A stretch of 25,938 nucleotides of DNA from Pseudothermotoga sp. (lineage in GTDB: Bacteria > Thermotogota > Thermotogae > Thermotogales > DSM-5069), in contig JBEPZZ010000021.1 of NCBI GenBank assembly GCA_041640575.1, positions 1 to 25,938 on the forward strand, written 5' to 3'. Below the pieces are notes generated by a model. That model saw only the letters and a program-made list of their open reading frames with translations. It did no database searches and was not told the origin of the DNA. Within the stretch, counting starts at the first letter, position 1. Every line of letters begins with the position of its first letter. Shown here one piece after another: positions 7,989 through 17,703 of this stretch. A program made the position numbers and the translations under genes.

Positions 7989-9162
7989 AAAGATTTATAC
8001 CGTAAGCGAAATAACTCATTACATTGAATTATTGATAAACGATGATCCTTACTTGACTGATGTTCAAATTGTCGGTGAAATAACTGACTTAAAAGAAAGA
8101 TCAGGACATTTGTTTTTCACATTAAAAGATGAAAGTGCAAGCATTACTTGTGTCTTCTTTGGAGGCGTTTACAGAGGTTACCTTCAAGAAGGATCTTTAG
8201 CTCGAGTACGCGGGGATATCAGGGTATATCCACAACGAGGTTTGTATCGGCTTTTATGTGAGGAGGTTCACCTTCTACCAATCAAAGGTTCATTGTTCTT
8301 GAAACTTAAGCAAACTTACGAAAGATTGCTTAACGATGGAGTTTTTGAAAAGCCAAAAAAACCTATCCCTAGGTTTCCAAACAAAATAGGAGTGATAACC
8401 TCTCGTGATTCAGCAGCGTATCAAGACATCCTTAGAACAACAAAGGAGCGGTTTCCTGCTGTAAAAATACTCCTATTTCACACAAGGGTGCAAGGAGAAG
8501 AAGCAAAAGAAAGTTTACTGAGAGCTATTGAAGATGCAAACAATCAGGACTTAGACGTGATTGTGATTGCAAGGGGAGGCGGTGCAAGTGACGATCTATG
8601 GGTATTTAACGATGAAGAAGTCGTTAGAGCAGTTTTCAGATTGCGCCATCCTGTTGTAACAGGAATAGGTCATCAAATAGACACTGTTTTGGTGGATCTT
8701 GTGGCTGATTATTCTGCACATACACCTACGGCAGCAATGGAGTACATCCTACCTGACAGAGCCGAAATACTTTACAATGCTACTGAGAATTTGCGAAGAA
8801 TGAAAAGATCCATGGAAAACCTAATTCAGTCTAATCTTATCAGAGCGCAGCTTTTAAGCCAGCGTCTGAAAAGAATCATTGATACAGAATTATCAGGAGA
8901 GATGGATAAAATTAAGTTCTTAGTTAGTCGTTTGTTTGGCGTGACCAAGCTTTTGCTTGAAAAATTTGAAAGGGATTTTGAGTTACTAGGAACAAAGCTG
9001 ACAGTTTTGAATCCGGAGTGGCCTTTGCTACGTGGGTATACAATCATTTCAAAAGAAAATGGAAAGTGGGTTAAAAGTTCTACACAAATCGTGGGTGGGG
9101 AACGGCTAATGATAAAATTTTCTGATGGTGTTGTCAAGGTGATTGTAGATGAAAATCGATGA
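7981..9162 (+). CDS. xseA: Exodeoxyribonuclease VII large subunit
   Basis: YTVSEIT, GEIT...SGHLFFTLKD OB fold, IGVITS, ARGGGASDDLWVFNDE, TGIGHQID, TPTAA, LLRGY. Confidence 0.95.
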   Translation: MSEKIYTVSEITHYIELLINDDPYLTDVQIVGEITDLKERSGHLFFTLKDESASITCVFFGGVYRGYLQEGSLARVRGDIRVYPQRGLYRLLCEEVHLLPIKGSLFLKLKQTYERLLNDGVFEKPKKPIPRFPNKIGVITSRDSAAYQDILRTTKERFPAVKILLFHTRVQGEEAKESLLRAIEDANNQDLDVIVIARGGGASDDLWVFNDEEVVRAVFRLRHPVVTGIGHQIDTVLVDLVADYSAHTPTAAMEYILPDRAEILYNATENLRRMKRSMENLIQSNLIRAQLLSQRLKRIIDTELSGEMDKIKFLVSRLFGVTKLLLEKFERDFELLGTKLTVLNPEWPLLRGYTIISKENGKWVKSSTQIVGGERLMIKFSDGVVKVIVDENR

Positions 9163-9361
9163 AATGATTGAAGAACTGCAGGTGATTGTCGAAAAACTGG
9201 AAAGTGGTCAAGTTGGTATTGAACAGGCTTTGGAACTGTACAAAAAGGGTATGGAGTTGTACAAGAAACTGTTCCTGGCTCTGAAGTCTGCACAAATAGA
9301 AGTTCAGGACATTTATGCACAAATTGGAGAGATAAACAGTGAACAGCTACCCAACACTTGA
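9149..9361 (+). CDS. xseB: Exodeoxyribonuclease VII small subunit
   Basis: ELQVIVEKLESGQVGIEQALELYKKGMEL; overlaps the xseA end. Confidence 0.92.
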   Translation: MKIDEMIEELQVIVEKLESGQVGIEQALELYKKGMELYKKLFLALKSAQIEVQDIYAQIGEINSEQLPNT

Positions 9362-11207
9362 TGACATTCTTAAAGCTGACATAAATGAACTAGAAAAATA
9401 CGCAGAAATAATAAGAAAAAGGATCATTCAGGTTGTCTCAAAGAATGGTGGACATTTGGCATCCAACTTAGGTGTGGTAGAGCTCACAATTGCACTTTAC
9501 AAGGTCTTTGATCCCAGACACGACATTGTTATCTGGGATACATCTCACCAGTGTTACACTCATAAATTACTCACTGGTCGATGGGAGCAGTTCGATACGC
9601 TCAGACAGTTTGGTGGTATAAGTGGTTATTTAAACCCAGATGAATGTGAATACGACCATTTTGCAATAGGACATGCAGGAACCTCTGTGGCATTGGCACT
9701 GGGAGTAGAAAGAGCCTTAAAGTTGAAAAAGTTATCAAAAAATGTGGTTGTCGTACTTGGGGATGGTGCACTTTCAAATGGAGAAATCTTAGAGAGTCTC
9801 AATCAGCTAAAAACCATGAAATCAAAAATCAAAATCATTCTAAACGACAATGGTATGTCGATTGCTCCAAATGTCGGTGCGCTTTCTGAAATTTTCACCG
9901 AAATTCGAACAAGTGCAGCCTATGTGAAACTTAAAGATCTGACAAAATTGGCTCTTGAGAGCTCTGAACTTGGAAAAAGTCTTGAAGAGGAACTTAGAAA
10001 ACTGAGAAACGGTTTGAAGTCTCTCGTCACTGGGTCGGATTTTTTTGAAGCACTTGGTATAAAACACATTGGACCAATTGATGGACACGATCTAAAAGTT
10101 TTGGTTAAGATATTTCAAAGGATAAAGGAATATGACTATCCTGTCGTGGTCCATACGATCACACAAAAGGGCAAAGGCTACAAACCAGCTGAGGAAAACA
10201 GTGTGATATTCCATAGTGCACCAAAGTTTGATCCAAGCAGTGGTGAACCCATTCTCAAACAAGGTCATCTCACTTTTAGTGATGTTTTCGGCTTAACCTT
10301 GACAAAAATAGCGTCACAAAGAAATGATATCTTCGCAATAACAGCTGCAATGCCAGATGGAACAGGGCTTAGCCATTTCGCCAAAAACTTTCCAGACAGA
10401 TTCGCAGATCTTGGAATAACAGAACAAAGCTGTGTGACCTTTGCGGCTGGACTGTCTAAAATTGGGATGAAACCTGTAGTAGCAATATACTCTACTTTTC
10501 TGCAAAGAGCATATGATCAAATAATACATGACATAGCTTTGCAGGGGCTGGATGTGATTTTTGCAGTAGACAGGGCAGGATTATCTGGAGAAGATGGGCC
10601 AACGCATCATGGCATGTTCGATATAAGTTTTTTCAGATCAATACCAAACTCAAGAATTTTTGCACCAATGAACTTGCAAGAACTAGTTTCGATACTGAGA
10701 TCAGTCTTTGAATTGGGCATAAGAGGTGTTGTTGCAATAAGATACCCAAAGGAAAGTGAAGAAGCTGATTTTGGAAAGCTCTGGCAGCAATCAAAATTGA
10801 TTGATCCAATGAGATGGGAAATTCTTAAAGAGGGTCGAGGAAACATCGCTGTTTTGGCAACGGGAACTATGGTTAAAAACTGCACAAAGCTTGTGGAACT
10901 TGATGCTACAATCGTATATTGTAGATCTCTGAAGCCTTTAGATGGAGATTTACTAAGGCAGGTTGCTGAAAACAGTGAGCTTGTTGTAACAATAGAAGAA
11001 GGCATTCTTTCGACTGGTTTTGGGGAGAGTGTTGTTGCTTTTCTGAACCAAGTTGGAATTAAAAAACCCGTTCTCATGCTTGGTATAAAGGATACTTTTA
11101 TACCGCATGGTTCAAGAAACGATCTTTTAAAGCTATGTAAACTGGATACAGAAGGCATCTATAACAGTGTGGTATCATTTAAAAAAAAGGAGGTATTGAC
11201 ATGGTAG
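9339..11207 (+). CDS. dxs: 1-deoxy-D-xylulose-5-phosphate synthase
   Basis: GGHLASNLGVVELT, HQCYTHK, TPP motif GDG...NDN, TAAMPDGTG, YSTFLQRAYDQ, DRAG...DGPTHHG. Confidence 0.96.
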   Translation: MNSYPTLDDILKADINELEKYAEIIRKRIIQVVSKNGGHLASNLGVVELTIALYKVFDPRHDIVIWDTSHQCYTHKLLTGRWEQFDTLRQFGGISGYLNPDECEYDHFAIGHAGTSVALALGVERALKLKKLSKNVVVVLGDGALSNGEILESLNQLKTMKSKIKIILNDNGMSIAPNVGALSEIFTEIRTSAAYVKLKDLTKLALESSELGKSLEEELRKLRNGLKSLVTGSDFFEALGIKHIGPIDGHDLKVLVKIFQRIKEYDYPVVVHTITQKGKGYKPAEENSVIFHSAPKFDPSSGEPILKQGHLTFSDVFGLTLTKIASQRNDIFAITAAMPDGTGLSHFAKNFPDRFADLGITEQSCVTFAAGLSKIGMKPVVAIYSTFLQRAYDQIIHDIALQGLDVIFAVDRAGLSGEDGPTHHGMFDISFFRSIPNSRIFAPMNLQELVSILRSVFELGIRGVVAIRYPKESEEADFGKLWQQSKLIDPMRWEILKEGRGNIAVLATGTMVKNCTKLVELDATIVYCRSLKPLDGDLLRQVAENSELVVTIEEGILSTGFGESVVAFLNQVGIKKPVLMLGIKDTFIPHGSRNDLLKLCKLDTEGIYNSVVSFKKKEVLTW

Positions 11208-11533
11208 TAAAGCTAGAGTATGGAGATCTTGAAGTCAGTTTAAAAACGCTCAAAAAGCTTGCTTATATAGCTACCAAAGAAAGTTATGGTCCTGTCAACA
11301 TAGCTTCTGAAAGTTTTTTTGGTAAGCTTTTCGGCGAAAAAGAGGAAGAAAGAATAAAAGTTGAAGAACTCGACAACGGCAAAGTAGTCGTGGATTTGTA
11401 TCTTGAGCTGGAGTACGGAGTAAAAATATCTGAAGTTGCCAAGAATATTATGGAAAACGTGACACACGTCCTCAAAACCATAGGCGCCTGTGAGGATGTC
11501 GAAGTAAATGTTCACGTGACTGGGATCCGCTAA
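11201..11533 (+). CDS. Asp23/Gls24 family protein (YloU-like)
   Basis: VDLYLELEYGVKISEVAKNI...VNVHVTGI; usual position upstream of the DAK2 gene. Confidence 0.88.
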   Translation: MVVKLEYGDLEVSLKTLKKLAYIATKESYGPVNIASESFFGKLFGEKEEERIKVEELDNGKVVVDLYLELEYGVKISEVAKNIMENVTHVLKTIGACEDVEVNVHVTGIR

Positions 11534-11548
11534 GGAGGTGCCGGATCC

Positions 11549-13159
11549 TTGGAAAAAGTAAATGGAAAATTCATGAAACTTGGATTTCAAAAGGCCACAG
11601 AAGTTCTTGCTGCTCATGTTGATGAACTAAATGCACTAAATGTTTTCCCGGTACCAGATGGAGATACTGGTTCAAACATGCTTGCAACAATGAAGGAAGG
11701 TTGTAAATACCTTGATAACCTTGACAAAAACGATCTACCTTCGATAATGGAGAGCATAAGAAACGGTACGCTCATGGGTGCTAGAGGAAATTCAGGAGTC
11801 ATACTCTCACAAATTTTCAGGGGTTTTGCCAACTATTGCAGTAAAAAAAAGGCTTTGACGCCATCTGATTTCATCGAAATGTTCAAGGCTGCTCGGGTTG
11901 TCGCTTACAAGGCTGTCATGAAACCCGTGGAAGGTACTATTTTAACCGTTTTGAGAAAACTTGACGAAAAATCAAGCGAAGCTGAAGGTTTTGAAAAAAT
12001 ATCAGATGTTTTTCGTTGGGCGGTAGAAGTCGCCGATGCAGCAGTAAGAGAGACACCTAAGCTCCTCCCAGTTCTTAGGGAAGCTGGTGTTGTTGATGCA
12101 GGAGCAAAGGGTTTATACTACATTCTTCAAGGTTTCCTAGCAGTTGCTCTTGGTGAGAGTAAGATCAATATGCAAATGGTTGCAACGAAAAATGGTGAGG
12201 TTTCCGTCGAAGTAGTGGCTGAGGAACTTACGTATCAATACTGCACGGAAGTGATGGTCAGAACGAAAACTGATAGTCAAAATTTGAAAGTTGATTCTTT
12301 GAGAGGATTCCTTGAGGAAATAGGCGATTCGGCTGTTGTTGTTCAAGATGAAGGGGTTATTAAGACCCACGTTCACACAAATGACCCAGGTTTGGTTATT
12401 CAAGAGGTATTGAAGTACGGCGAAATACTCAAAGTTAAGATTGACAACATGAAACTTCAACATGAGCATTTTGTCGAACAAGTTGAAGAGCAAACAAAGA
12501 GAAAATACGGTTTTGTGGCTGTTTCTCCTGGTCCAGGAATATCGGAGATCCTTAAGAATTTAGGAGTTGACCAAATAGTCCGTGGTGGACAGACAATGAA
12601 TCCTAGCACTGCAGATTTAAAATATGCAATAGACAAAGTAAAAGCTGAGATCGTTTTTCTTTTCCCAAACAACCCAAACATTATACTTGCAGCTCGGCAA
12701 GCAACGGAACATGTGAGTGATAAAAAAGTAATAGTAATACCAACGCAAACAGTTCAAGAATGTATATCGGCAATGATGAGTTTTGATCCAAATGAGGAAC
12801 CAGACAAATTGGAGAAAAAATTCATTGAGGCTGCGGATTATATTATCTCGCTCTCGGTAACTAAAGCTGTAAGAGATGCTAAACATAATGGCACGAAGAT
12901 CAAAAAGGGTGAATACATGATAATGAGAGGCAAAAAACTTATAGCACATGGCCAATCGTTGAAGCAAGCCTTAAGCAGAGCACTGACAGCGCTAGATCTG
13001 AGAAAAAGAGAAGTTGTAACTGTTTTCACTGGTCAAGATGGGACGGATCAAGAAACTGAGATCATCAAGAGTTATTTCGAAAGAGTTATTGAAAACGCAC
13101 AAATCGATATACGTGATGGAGGACAACCTCATTATCCATACCTAATAATGATCGAATGA
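11549..13159 (+). CDS. fakA: DAK2-domain fatty acid kinase catalytic subunit (FakA/YloV family)
   Basis: NVFPVPDGDTGSNM, GARGNSGVILSQ, VDAGAKG, YCTE, HVHT, GGQTMNPS, GGQPHYPY; TTG start after an AAGGAGGTG SD. Confidence 0.9.
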   Translation: MEKVNGKFMKLGFQKATEVLAAHVDELNALNVFPVPDGDTGSNMLATMKEGCKYLDNLDKNDLPSIMESIRNGTLMGARGNSGVILSQIFRGFANYCSKKKALTPSDFIEMFKAARVVAYKAVMKPVEGTILTVLRKLDEKSSEAEGFEKISDVFRWAVEVADAAVRETPKLLPVLREAGVVDAGAKGLYYILQGFLAVALGESKINMQMVATKNGEVSVEVVAEELTYQYCTEVMVRTKTDSQNLKVDSLRGFLEEIGDSAVVVQDEGVIKTHVHTNDPGLVIQEVLKYGEILKVKIDNMKLQHEHFVEQVEEQTKRKYGFVAVSPGPGISEILKNLGVDQIVRGGQTMNPSTADLKYAIDKVKAEIVFLFPNNPNIILAARQATEHVSDKKVIVIPTQTVQECISAMMSFDPNEEPDKLEKKFIEAADYIISLSVTKAVRDAKHNGTKIKKGEYMIMRGKKLIAHGQSLKQALSRALTALDLRKREVVTVFTGQDGTDQETEIIKSYFERVIENAQIDIRDGGQPHYPYLIMIE

Positions 13160-13182
13160 AAAGGCACCGAATGGTGCCTTTT
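13159..13182. terminator. Bidirectional intrinsic terminator between convergent fakA and kbl
   Basis: AAAAGGCACC-GAAT-GGTGCCTTTT, a perfect inverted repeat filling the gap between the two stop codons. Confidence 0.85.
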
Positions 13183-14366
13183 CATTTTATAATTCCGAGT
13201 TCTCGACCAATTTTTTCGAATTTTCGGATTGCAAAATCAAGGTCCTCCTTGGTGTGTACCGCACTTATCATAACCCTTATTCTTGCTTTTCCGTGCGGTA
13301 CAAGAGGATAACCAATTGATTGGGCGAAGACATCCTCTTCGAACAACCTTTGACTAAATCTGCTTGCAACTGTTGCATCATAAAGCATTACGGGAGTTAT
13401 GGGAGTTTGACTTTCTCCGACGTCAAAACCAAGTTCTTTCATCTTGGATTTGAAATATTTCGCGTTTTCCCAAAGTTTTCTGACTCTTTCATCGGATTCC
13501 ATTAGCATTTTCACTGCTTCAAGACAGGCTGCCGTATCAGCTGGTGACAGCGGTGTACTAAACATAAATGGACGTGCTTTCTGTCTTAAATAATCAATCA
13601 AAGGCTTTCTACCAGCGACGTAACCACCAACAACACCAAAGGCTTTTGACAATGTCCCTATTTCTATATCGACTTTTCCATGCAAATTGAAATGGTCAAC
13701 AATTCCTCTTCCCGCTTCTCCAAGAACTCCCTCTCCATGTGCATCATCAACCATTATCAAAGCATCGTACTTGTCCGCAAGTTTAACAATTTCTTCCAAG
13801 GGAGCTATGTCGCCGTCCATACTGAAAACACCGTCAGTTATTATCAATTTTCTTCTTGCACCTTCTTTTGTAGCTTCTTCAAGAACTCTCGCAAGATCTT
13901 GAATGTCTCTATGTTTCCACACGTATCTTTTTGCTTTTGACAATCTAACACCATCGATGATACTGGCGTGATTCAGTTCATCCGAAAGAATGGCATCCCT
14001 CTCATCCGTTATAGTTGGGATAACAGCTTGATTAGCAAGAAAACCAGACTGGAGGAAAAGCACGTCTTCAACTTTCTTAAAGGATGCCAGGGTCTTTTCA
14101 AGTTCAACGTGTATATCCATCGTTCCAGCAATTGTTCTGACGGCGCCTGGTCCAATTCCCCATTTTTCAACGGCTTTTATCGCAGCACGCTTCAACCTTT
14201 CTTCATTAGCGAAACCGAGGTAATTGTTTGAGCAAAGATTCAGAACCCTTTTTCCATTAATGATTAGCCAAGCACCTTGAGGACTTTCTAAGGTTCTAAT
14301 GCTTATGAACAATCCCTTTTTTTTAGATTCCTCAATTTCTTGATTGAAAACCGAGTAATCAAACAT
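13182..14366 (-). CDS. kbl: Glycine C-acetyltransferase (2-amino-3-ketobutyrate CoA ligase)
   Basis: [39 protein letters not shown] (PLP lysine); directly downstream of tdh. Confidence 0.92.
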   Translation of the reverse strand: MFDYSVFNQEIEESKKKGLFISIRTLESPQGAWLIINGKRVLNLCSNNYLGFANEERLKRAAIKAVEKWGIGPGAVRTIAGTMDIHVELEKTLASFKKVEDVLFLQSGFLANQAVIPTITDERDAILSDELNHASIIDGVRLSKAKRYVWKHRDIQDLARVLEEATKEGARRKLIITDGVFSMDGDIAPLEEIVKLADKYDALIMVDDAHGEGVLGEAGRGIVDHFNLHGKVDIEIGTLSKAFGVVGGYVAGRKPLIDYLRQKARPFMFSTPLSPADTAACLEAVKMLMESDERVRKLWENAKYFKSKMKELGFDVGESQTPITPVMLYDATVASRFSQRLFEEDVFAQSIGYPLVPHGKARIRVMISAVHTKEDLDFAIRKFEKIGRELGIIK

Positions 14367-14382
14367 CCACTATCCCTCCCCT

Positions 14383-15417
14383 TTAAGAAAGGTCCATTAC
14401 CACTTTTCCGCATTCTGCAGTAAGCATCAGTTCAAAACCTTTCTGCCAGTCCCTGAAAGGTATGATGTGTGTAACTACCTTGGATAAATCAATTTTCTTA
14501 TTTTTCAAAAGTTCGTCGGCAATCTTCCAAGTTTCAAACATCTTTCTTCCTGTAATACCGTGTATTCTTACGCCTTTAAAAGTTACAAGTTCATCTATGG
14601 GAATCTCAATACTCTTACTGTAAACACCTAACAGTGAAACTGTACCACCCCTTGTTAAACATTTCAAACCTTGAACCAGAGCCTGCGGACTGCCCGACAT
14701 TTCAAGTAGAACATCTACACCATCGCCACTTGTGAGCTTTAAAACTTCTTTTTCAAGATCATGACTGGTAGGATCAATCACAATATCTGCACCATTTTGA
14801 ACAGCAAGTTGTCTTCTATACTCTTTGACTTCCGATGCTATTACCAATGAGGCACCTGCCACCTTTGCCGCCTGGATAGACATTGCTCCAATTGGGCCAA
14901 CACCAGTTATCAAAACAGTTTTTCCGGTAAGATCTTCAACTAACGCTGCATGCAGTGCATTTCCGAATGGTTCCATAACGGATGCATACTCCTCTGGAAT
15001 CTCTTTAGAAACTTTCCACAGAACCAATTGAGGAACTTTGATATATTCAGCAAAAGCTCCGTCCATATCAATTCCTAGAATCTTCATATTTTTACATATA
15101 TGCATTCTCCCAGTTCTACACTGATAACAACTTTGGCATGGAATATGTGTTTCAGCAGCTACGTAGTCTCCTATTTTGACCAAGTTCACAGCTTCACCAA
15201 TTGCTTCTACGATACCTGCAAATTCGTGTCCAATTGTCATCGGTGGTTTTATGTGACTCTGTGCCCAAGCATCCCACTTGTAGATGTGAACATCAGAACC
15301 ACAGATCGATGCTTTCTTCACACGCACGAGAACCTCGTGCGGTCCTAGATCTGTTGGTTTATCAATATTCTCCATTGTTAAACCTGCCGCCATGTGTGTC
15401 TTTCTTATAGCCAGCAA
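14383..15417 (-). CDS. tdh: L-threonine 3-dehydrogenase
   Basis: ICGSDVHIYKWD, GHE, ETHIPCQSCYQC...HIC structural Zn site, GVGPIG, GITGRKMFETW. TTG 15417 is 6 nt after a GGGAGGG SD; the ORF track's ATG 15432 lies upstream of that SD. Confidence 0.94.
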   Translation of the reverse strand: MLAIRKTHMAAGLTMENIDKPTDLGPHEVLVRVKKASICGSDVHIYKWDAWAQSHIKPPMTIGHEFAGIVEAIGEAVNLVKIGDYVAAETHIPCQSCYQCRTGRMHICKNMKILGIDMDGAFAEYIKVPQLVLWKVSKEIPEEYASVMEPFGNALHAALVEDLTGKTVLITGVGPIGAMSIQAAKVAGASLVIASEVKEYRRQLAVQNGADIVIDPTSHDLEKEVLKLTSGDGVDVLLEMSGSPQALVQGLKCLTRGGTVSLLGVYSKSIEIPIDELVTFKGVRIHGITGRKMFETWKIADELLKNKKIDLSKVVTHIIPFRDWQKGFELMLTAECGKVVMDLS

Positions 15418-15437
15418 ATTTATCCCTCCCATGTTGA

Positions 15438-15466
15438 AGCTTACAACAAAAGTAGAGATGAATCAA
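15438..15466 (-). promoter_or_regulatory. Sigma70-type promoter for tdh-kbl
   Basis: Minus strand TTGATT (15466-15461), 17-nt spacer, TAAGCT (15443-15438), just upstream of the tdh SD. Confidence 0.55.
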
Positions 15467-15471
15467 AATTT

Positions 15472-15490
15472 GATAGCTAAGGATAGCTAA
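15472..15490. repeat. Direct repeat GATAGCTAA x2, 10-bp period
   Basis: GATAGCTAA at 15472-15480 and 15482-15490. Confidence 0.75.
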
Positions 15491-15728
15491 CTCCGCAGCT
15501 TAAAATAATCTCATCCTTCAAGATGAGCAACGCGTGGTTTTTGAAAAGTAGATGACTCAACTAGAGAAACACTGGCAGAATAATTAAAAGGCTTAAGAAC
15601 TGTTAAACCTGAATCATTGTAACAGAAAATTGTTAGCTTCGAATGCAGAATTAACCTGCTTATCTTAGGTGTAAAAACTGCAATTTTACTTCAAAGAGTT
15701 TACGCGTTAAAGAGTATTTATGAGGTAT

Positions 15729-15756
15729 GTCATGGTATATAAGTCATGGTATATAA
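15729..15756 (+). repeat. Perfect 14-bp tandem duplication GTCATGGTATATAA x2 overlapping the likely oppA -10 box
   Basis: Copies at 15729-15742 and 15743-15756; TATAAT at 15752-15757. Confidence 0.85.
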
Positions 15757-15796
15757 TAATTTTAGCTCAATCATCTCATGGAGGGAGGTAGTAGGG

Positions 15797-17632
15797 ATGA
15801 GGAAATTTTTGGTAGTCGCTTTGGTATTTGCCGTAGTCTTAGCTCTTGCCGAGACTATAAACTGGGCATTCTTGCAAGAGCCAATCACTCTTAACCCATG
15901 GCAACACTATGGACCAAATGCTACAGTATGGAACAGTTACATAATTGGTCCAAGATACGCGGCTCTCTATACTTACTCTGACGTTAGATTTGACTGGATG
16001 CCAGGCGTTGCCGCAAGCCTACCAGAACTGAAACAAGAAGGGGATCTATGGGTATATACCATTAAACTGAGAAAAGATGTCAAGTGGTCAGATGGAACTC
16101 CACTGACAGCAGATGATGTTGTGTGGACAATGAATATCGTTAGAAAACTGATCGTTGATAATGGATTAGGTGGAAACTGGGCAAGCATGGTTGACAAAGA
16201 CTATTTCGTTAAGGCCGAAAAGGTTGATGACTACACTGTTAAGACATATTTCACCGCACCAAGTTTGGCTAAGGCAAACTTTGGAGCTCTTATGATGCCA
16301 ATTTTGCAAAAGAAATATTGGGGTCCAAAAGTTGAAGAAGCTCTTAAAACGGCGAATCCACTCCAAGTTCTTTACAATTACGATAATTCAGACGAACCGG
16401 TTGCTGGAGCATTTACCCTCAAAAGATGGGAAAAAGGAGCCTTTATTGAAGTTGTAACAAGAAAAGATTACTACGACTCAGGAAGCATTTTGACACTTTA
16501 CAAGAATGGTGCGGTTAGTTTCACAAACCCCAGAACTGGTTTCAGCTGGTCAGGTTACGGTGAACCTACAGGAGAAAAGGAGCTTGAACTTGTTACAGGA
16601 CCCTACGTTGATAGCATAATCTATAGGTTCTATTTGAACCGTGCCGCAGCTATAACCGCTTTGATCAACGGCGATGTAAGCTTTATTTTCAATTCTCTTG
16701 GCCTTCAAAAAGGTGAAGAAGATCAGGTTGCTAAAACTTCAGGTATAAAAGTTATAAAGAACAGTGTAAATGGTTTCAGGTACATAGCTTTCAACATGAG
16801 AAGATTCCCGATGAACATAAAGGAATTCAGGCAGGCTATAGCTGCAATCACAGATCGCGAGTTCTTGACTGGAAGAGTTCTTGGCGGACAAGCTTTCCCA
16901 CAGTATGGAGTTGTCCCGTCTTCAAACGTATTCTGGTATAACCCAGCTGTAGAAAAGCTTTCTCCTGGCTATGGAATGGCTTTCGGTCAAAGAATGCAAC
17001 TTGCGATTGATCTTCTGAAGAAAGCTGGATTCAAATGGGTTGTTGAACCAAAAGTTGAAGGTAACACAGTCACCAGGAAAGGTAGAGGTTTGATTGGTCC
17101 TAACGGAGAAAAGATTGAGAGCATCGAACTACTTGCACCTGGTACTGGTTATGACCCAATGAGAGCAACTATGGCAATGTACATCGAAAGATGGGCCAAT
17201 GACCTTGGAATACCAATAAAAGCTAACCTTGTCGATTTCAACTATATAGTCCAAAGAGTATGGGATGAGCCATTTAACTTCGATATTTACATGCTTGGTT
17301 GGAGTTTGGGATATTATCCAGATCACATAGCTGATTTCTTCAAGAGCGACAGAGCAGGAGTTGGCGATTTCAATACACCAGGATATAACAATCCAGAGTT
17401 CGACAAGCTCTGTGACGAATTCCTTGCAGCTTCAGATATTCAGGAAGCAAGGAAAATCGCGTTCAAGCTGCAGGAAATTCTTGCTGAAGATCTGCCATAC
17501 CTTGTTCTTTTCGATACACCAGTCACAGAAGCTTACAGAATGGATCGAATTGTCTTCCCATACGAAAAAACACTTTCTGGTCTGCAATATGTCAGTGGCG
17601 TTCCAACGCTTGTAAAACCTGCGTCAAAATAA
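15797..17632 (+). CDS. oppA: ABC transporter substrate-binding protein, OppA/DppA family (SBP family 5)
   Basis: ATG 15797 after a GGAGGGAGGT SD; signal peptide MRKFLVVALVFAVVLALA with no lipobox; LRKDVKWSDGTPLTADDVVWT, FRQAIAAITDRE, GYNNPEFDKL. Confidence 0.9.
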   Translation: MRKFLVVALVFAVVLALAETINWAFLQEPITLNPWQHYGPNATVWNSYIIGPRYAALYTYSDVRFDWMPGVAASLPELKQEGDLWVYTIKLRKDVKWSDGTPLTADDVVWTMNIVRKLIVDNGLGGNWASMVDKDYFVKAEKVDDYTVKTYFTAPSLAKANFGALMMPILQKKYWGPKVEEALKTANPLQVLYNYDNSDEPVAGAFTLKRWEKGAFIEVVTRKDYYDSGSILTLYKNGAVSFTNPRTGFSWSGYGEPTGEKELELVTGPYVDSIIYRFYLNRAAAITALINGDVSFIFNSLGLQKGEEDQVAKTSGIKVIKNSVNGFRYIAFNMRRFPMNIKEFRQAIAAITDREFLTGRVLGGQAFPQYGVVPSSNVFWYNPAVEKLSPGYGMAFGQRMQLAIDLLKKAGFKWVVEPKVEGNTVTRKGRGLIGPNGEKIESIELLAPGTGYDPMRATMAMYIERWANDLGIPIKANLVDFNYIVQRVWDEPFNFDIYMLGWSLGYYPDHIADFFKSDRAGVGDFNTPGYNNPEFDKLCDEFLAASDIQEARKIAFKLQEILAEDLPYLVLFDTPVTEAYRMDRIVFPYEKTLSGLQYVSGVPTLVKPASK

Positions 17633-17651
17633 TTCAGAGCATTTTTCATAA

Positions 17652-17682
17652 CCAACCGCCCCTTTGTGGGCGGTTGGATTTT
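17652..17682 (+). terminator. Intercistronic stem-loop after oppA (partial terminator or mRNA stabiliser)
   Basis: CCAACCGCCC (17652-17661), 6-nt loop, GGGCGGTTGG (17668-17677), then ATTTT. Confidence 0.75.
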
Positions 17683-17703
17683 GTAACAAGGAGGAGATAA
17701 CTA

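Noticed and set aside
8826..9320. 164-aa minus-strand ORF
   Set aside because: Antisense to xseA/xseB with no recognisable motif.
9149..9361. Absence of ispA between xseB and dxs
   Set aside because: xseB and dxs overlap cleanly with no remnant, and I recall the same order in Thermotoga maritima.
10607..11158. 183-aa minus-strand ORF
   Set aside because: Lies wholly antisense to dxs with no recognisable motif; a shadow ORF.
13182..14366. BioF (8-amino-7-oxononanoate synthase)
   Set aside because: Same family, but pairing with tdh and the lack of other bio genes favour Kbl.
15433..15796. Possible glycine riboswitch, T-box or small ORF upstream of tdh or oppA
   Set aside because: No consensus motifs recognised on either strand, only very short ORFs, and both predicted promoters leave short leaders.
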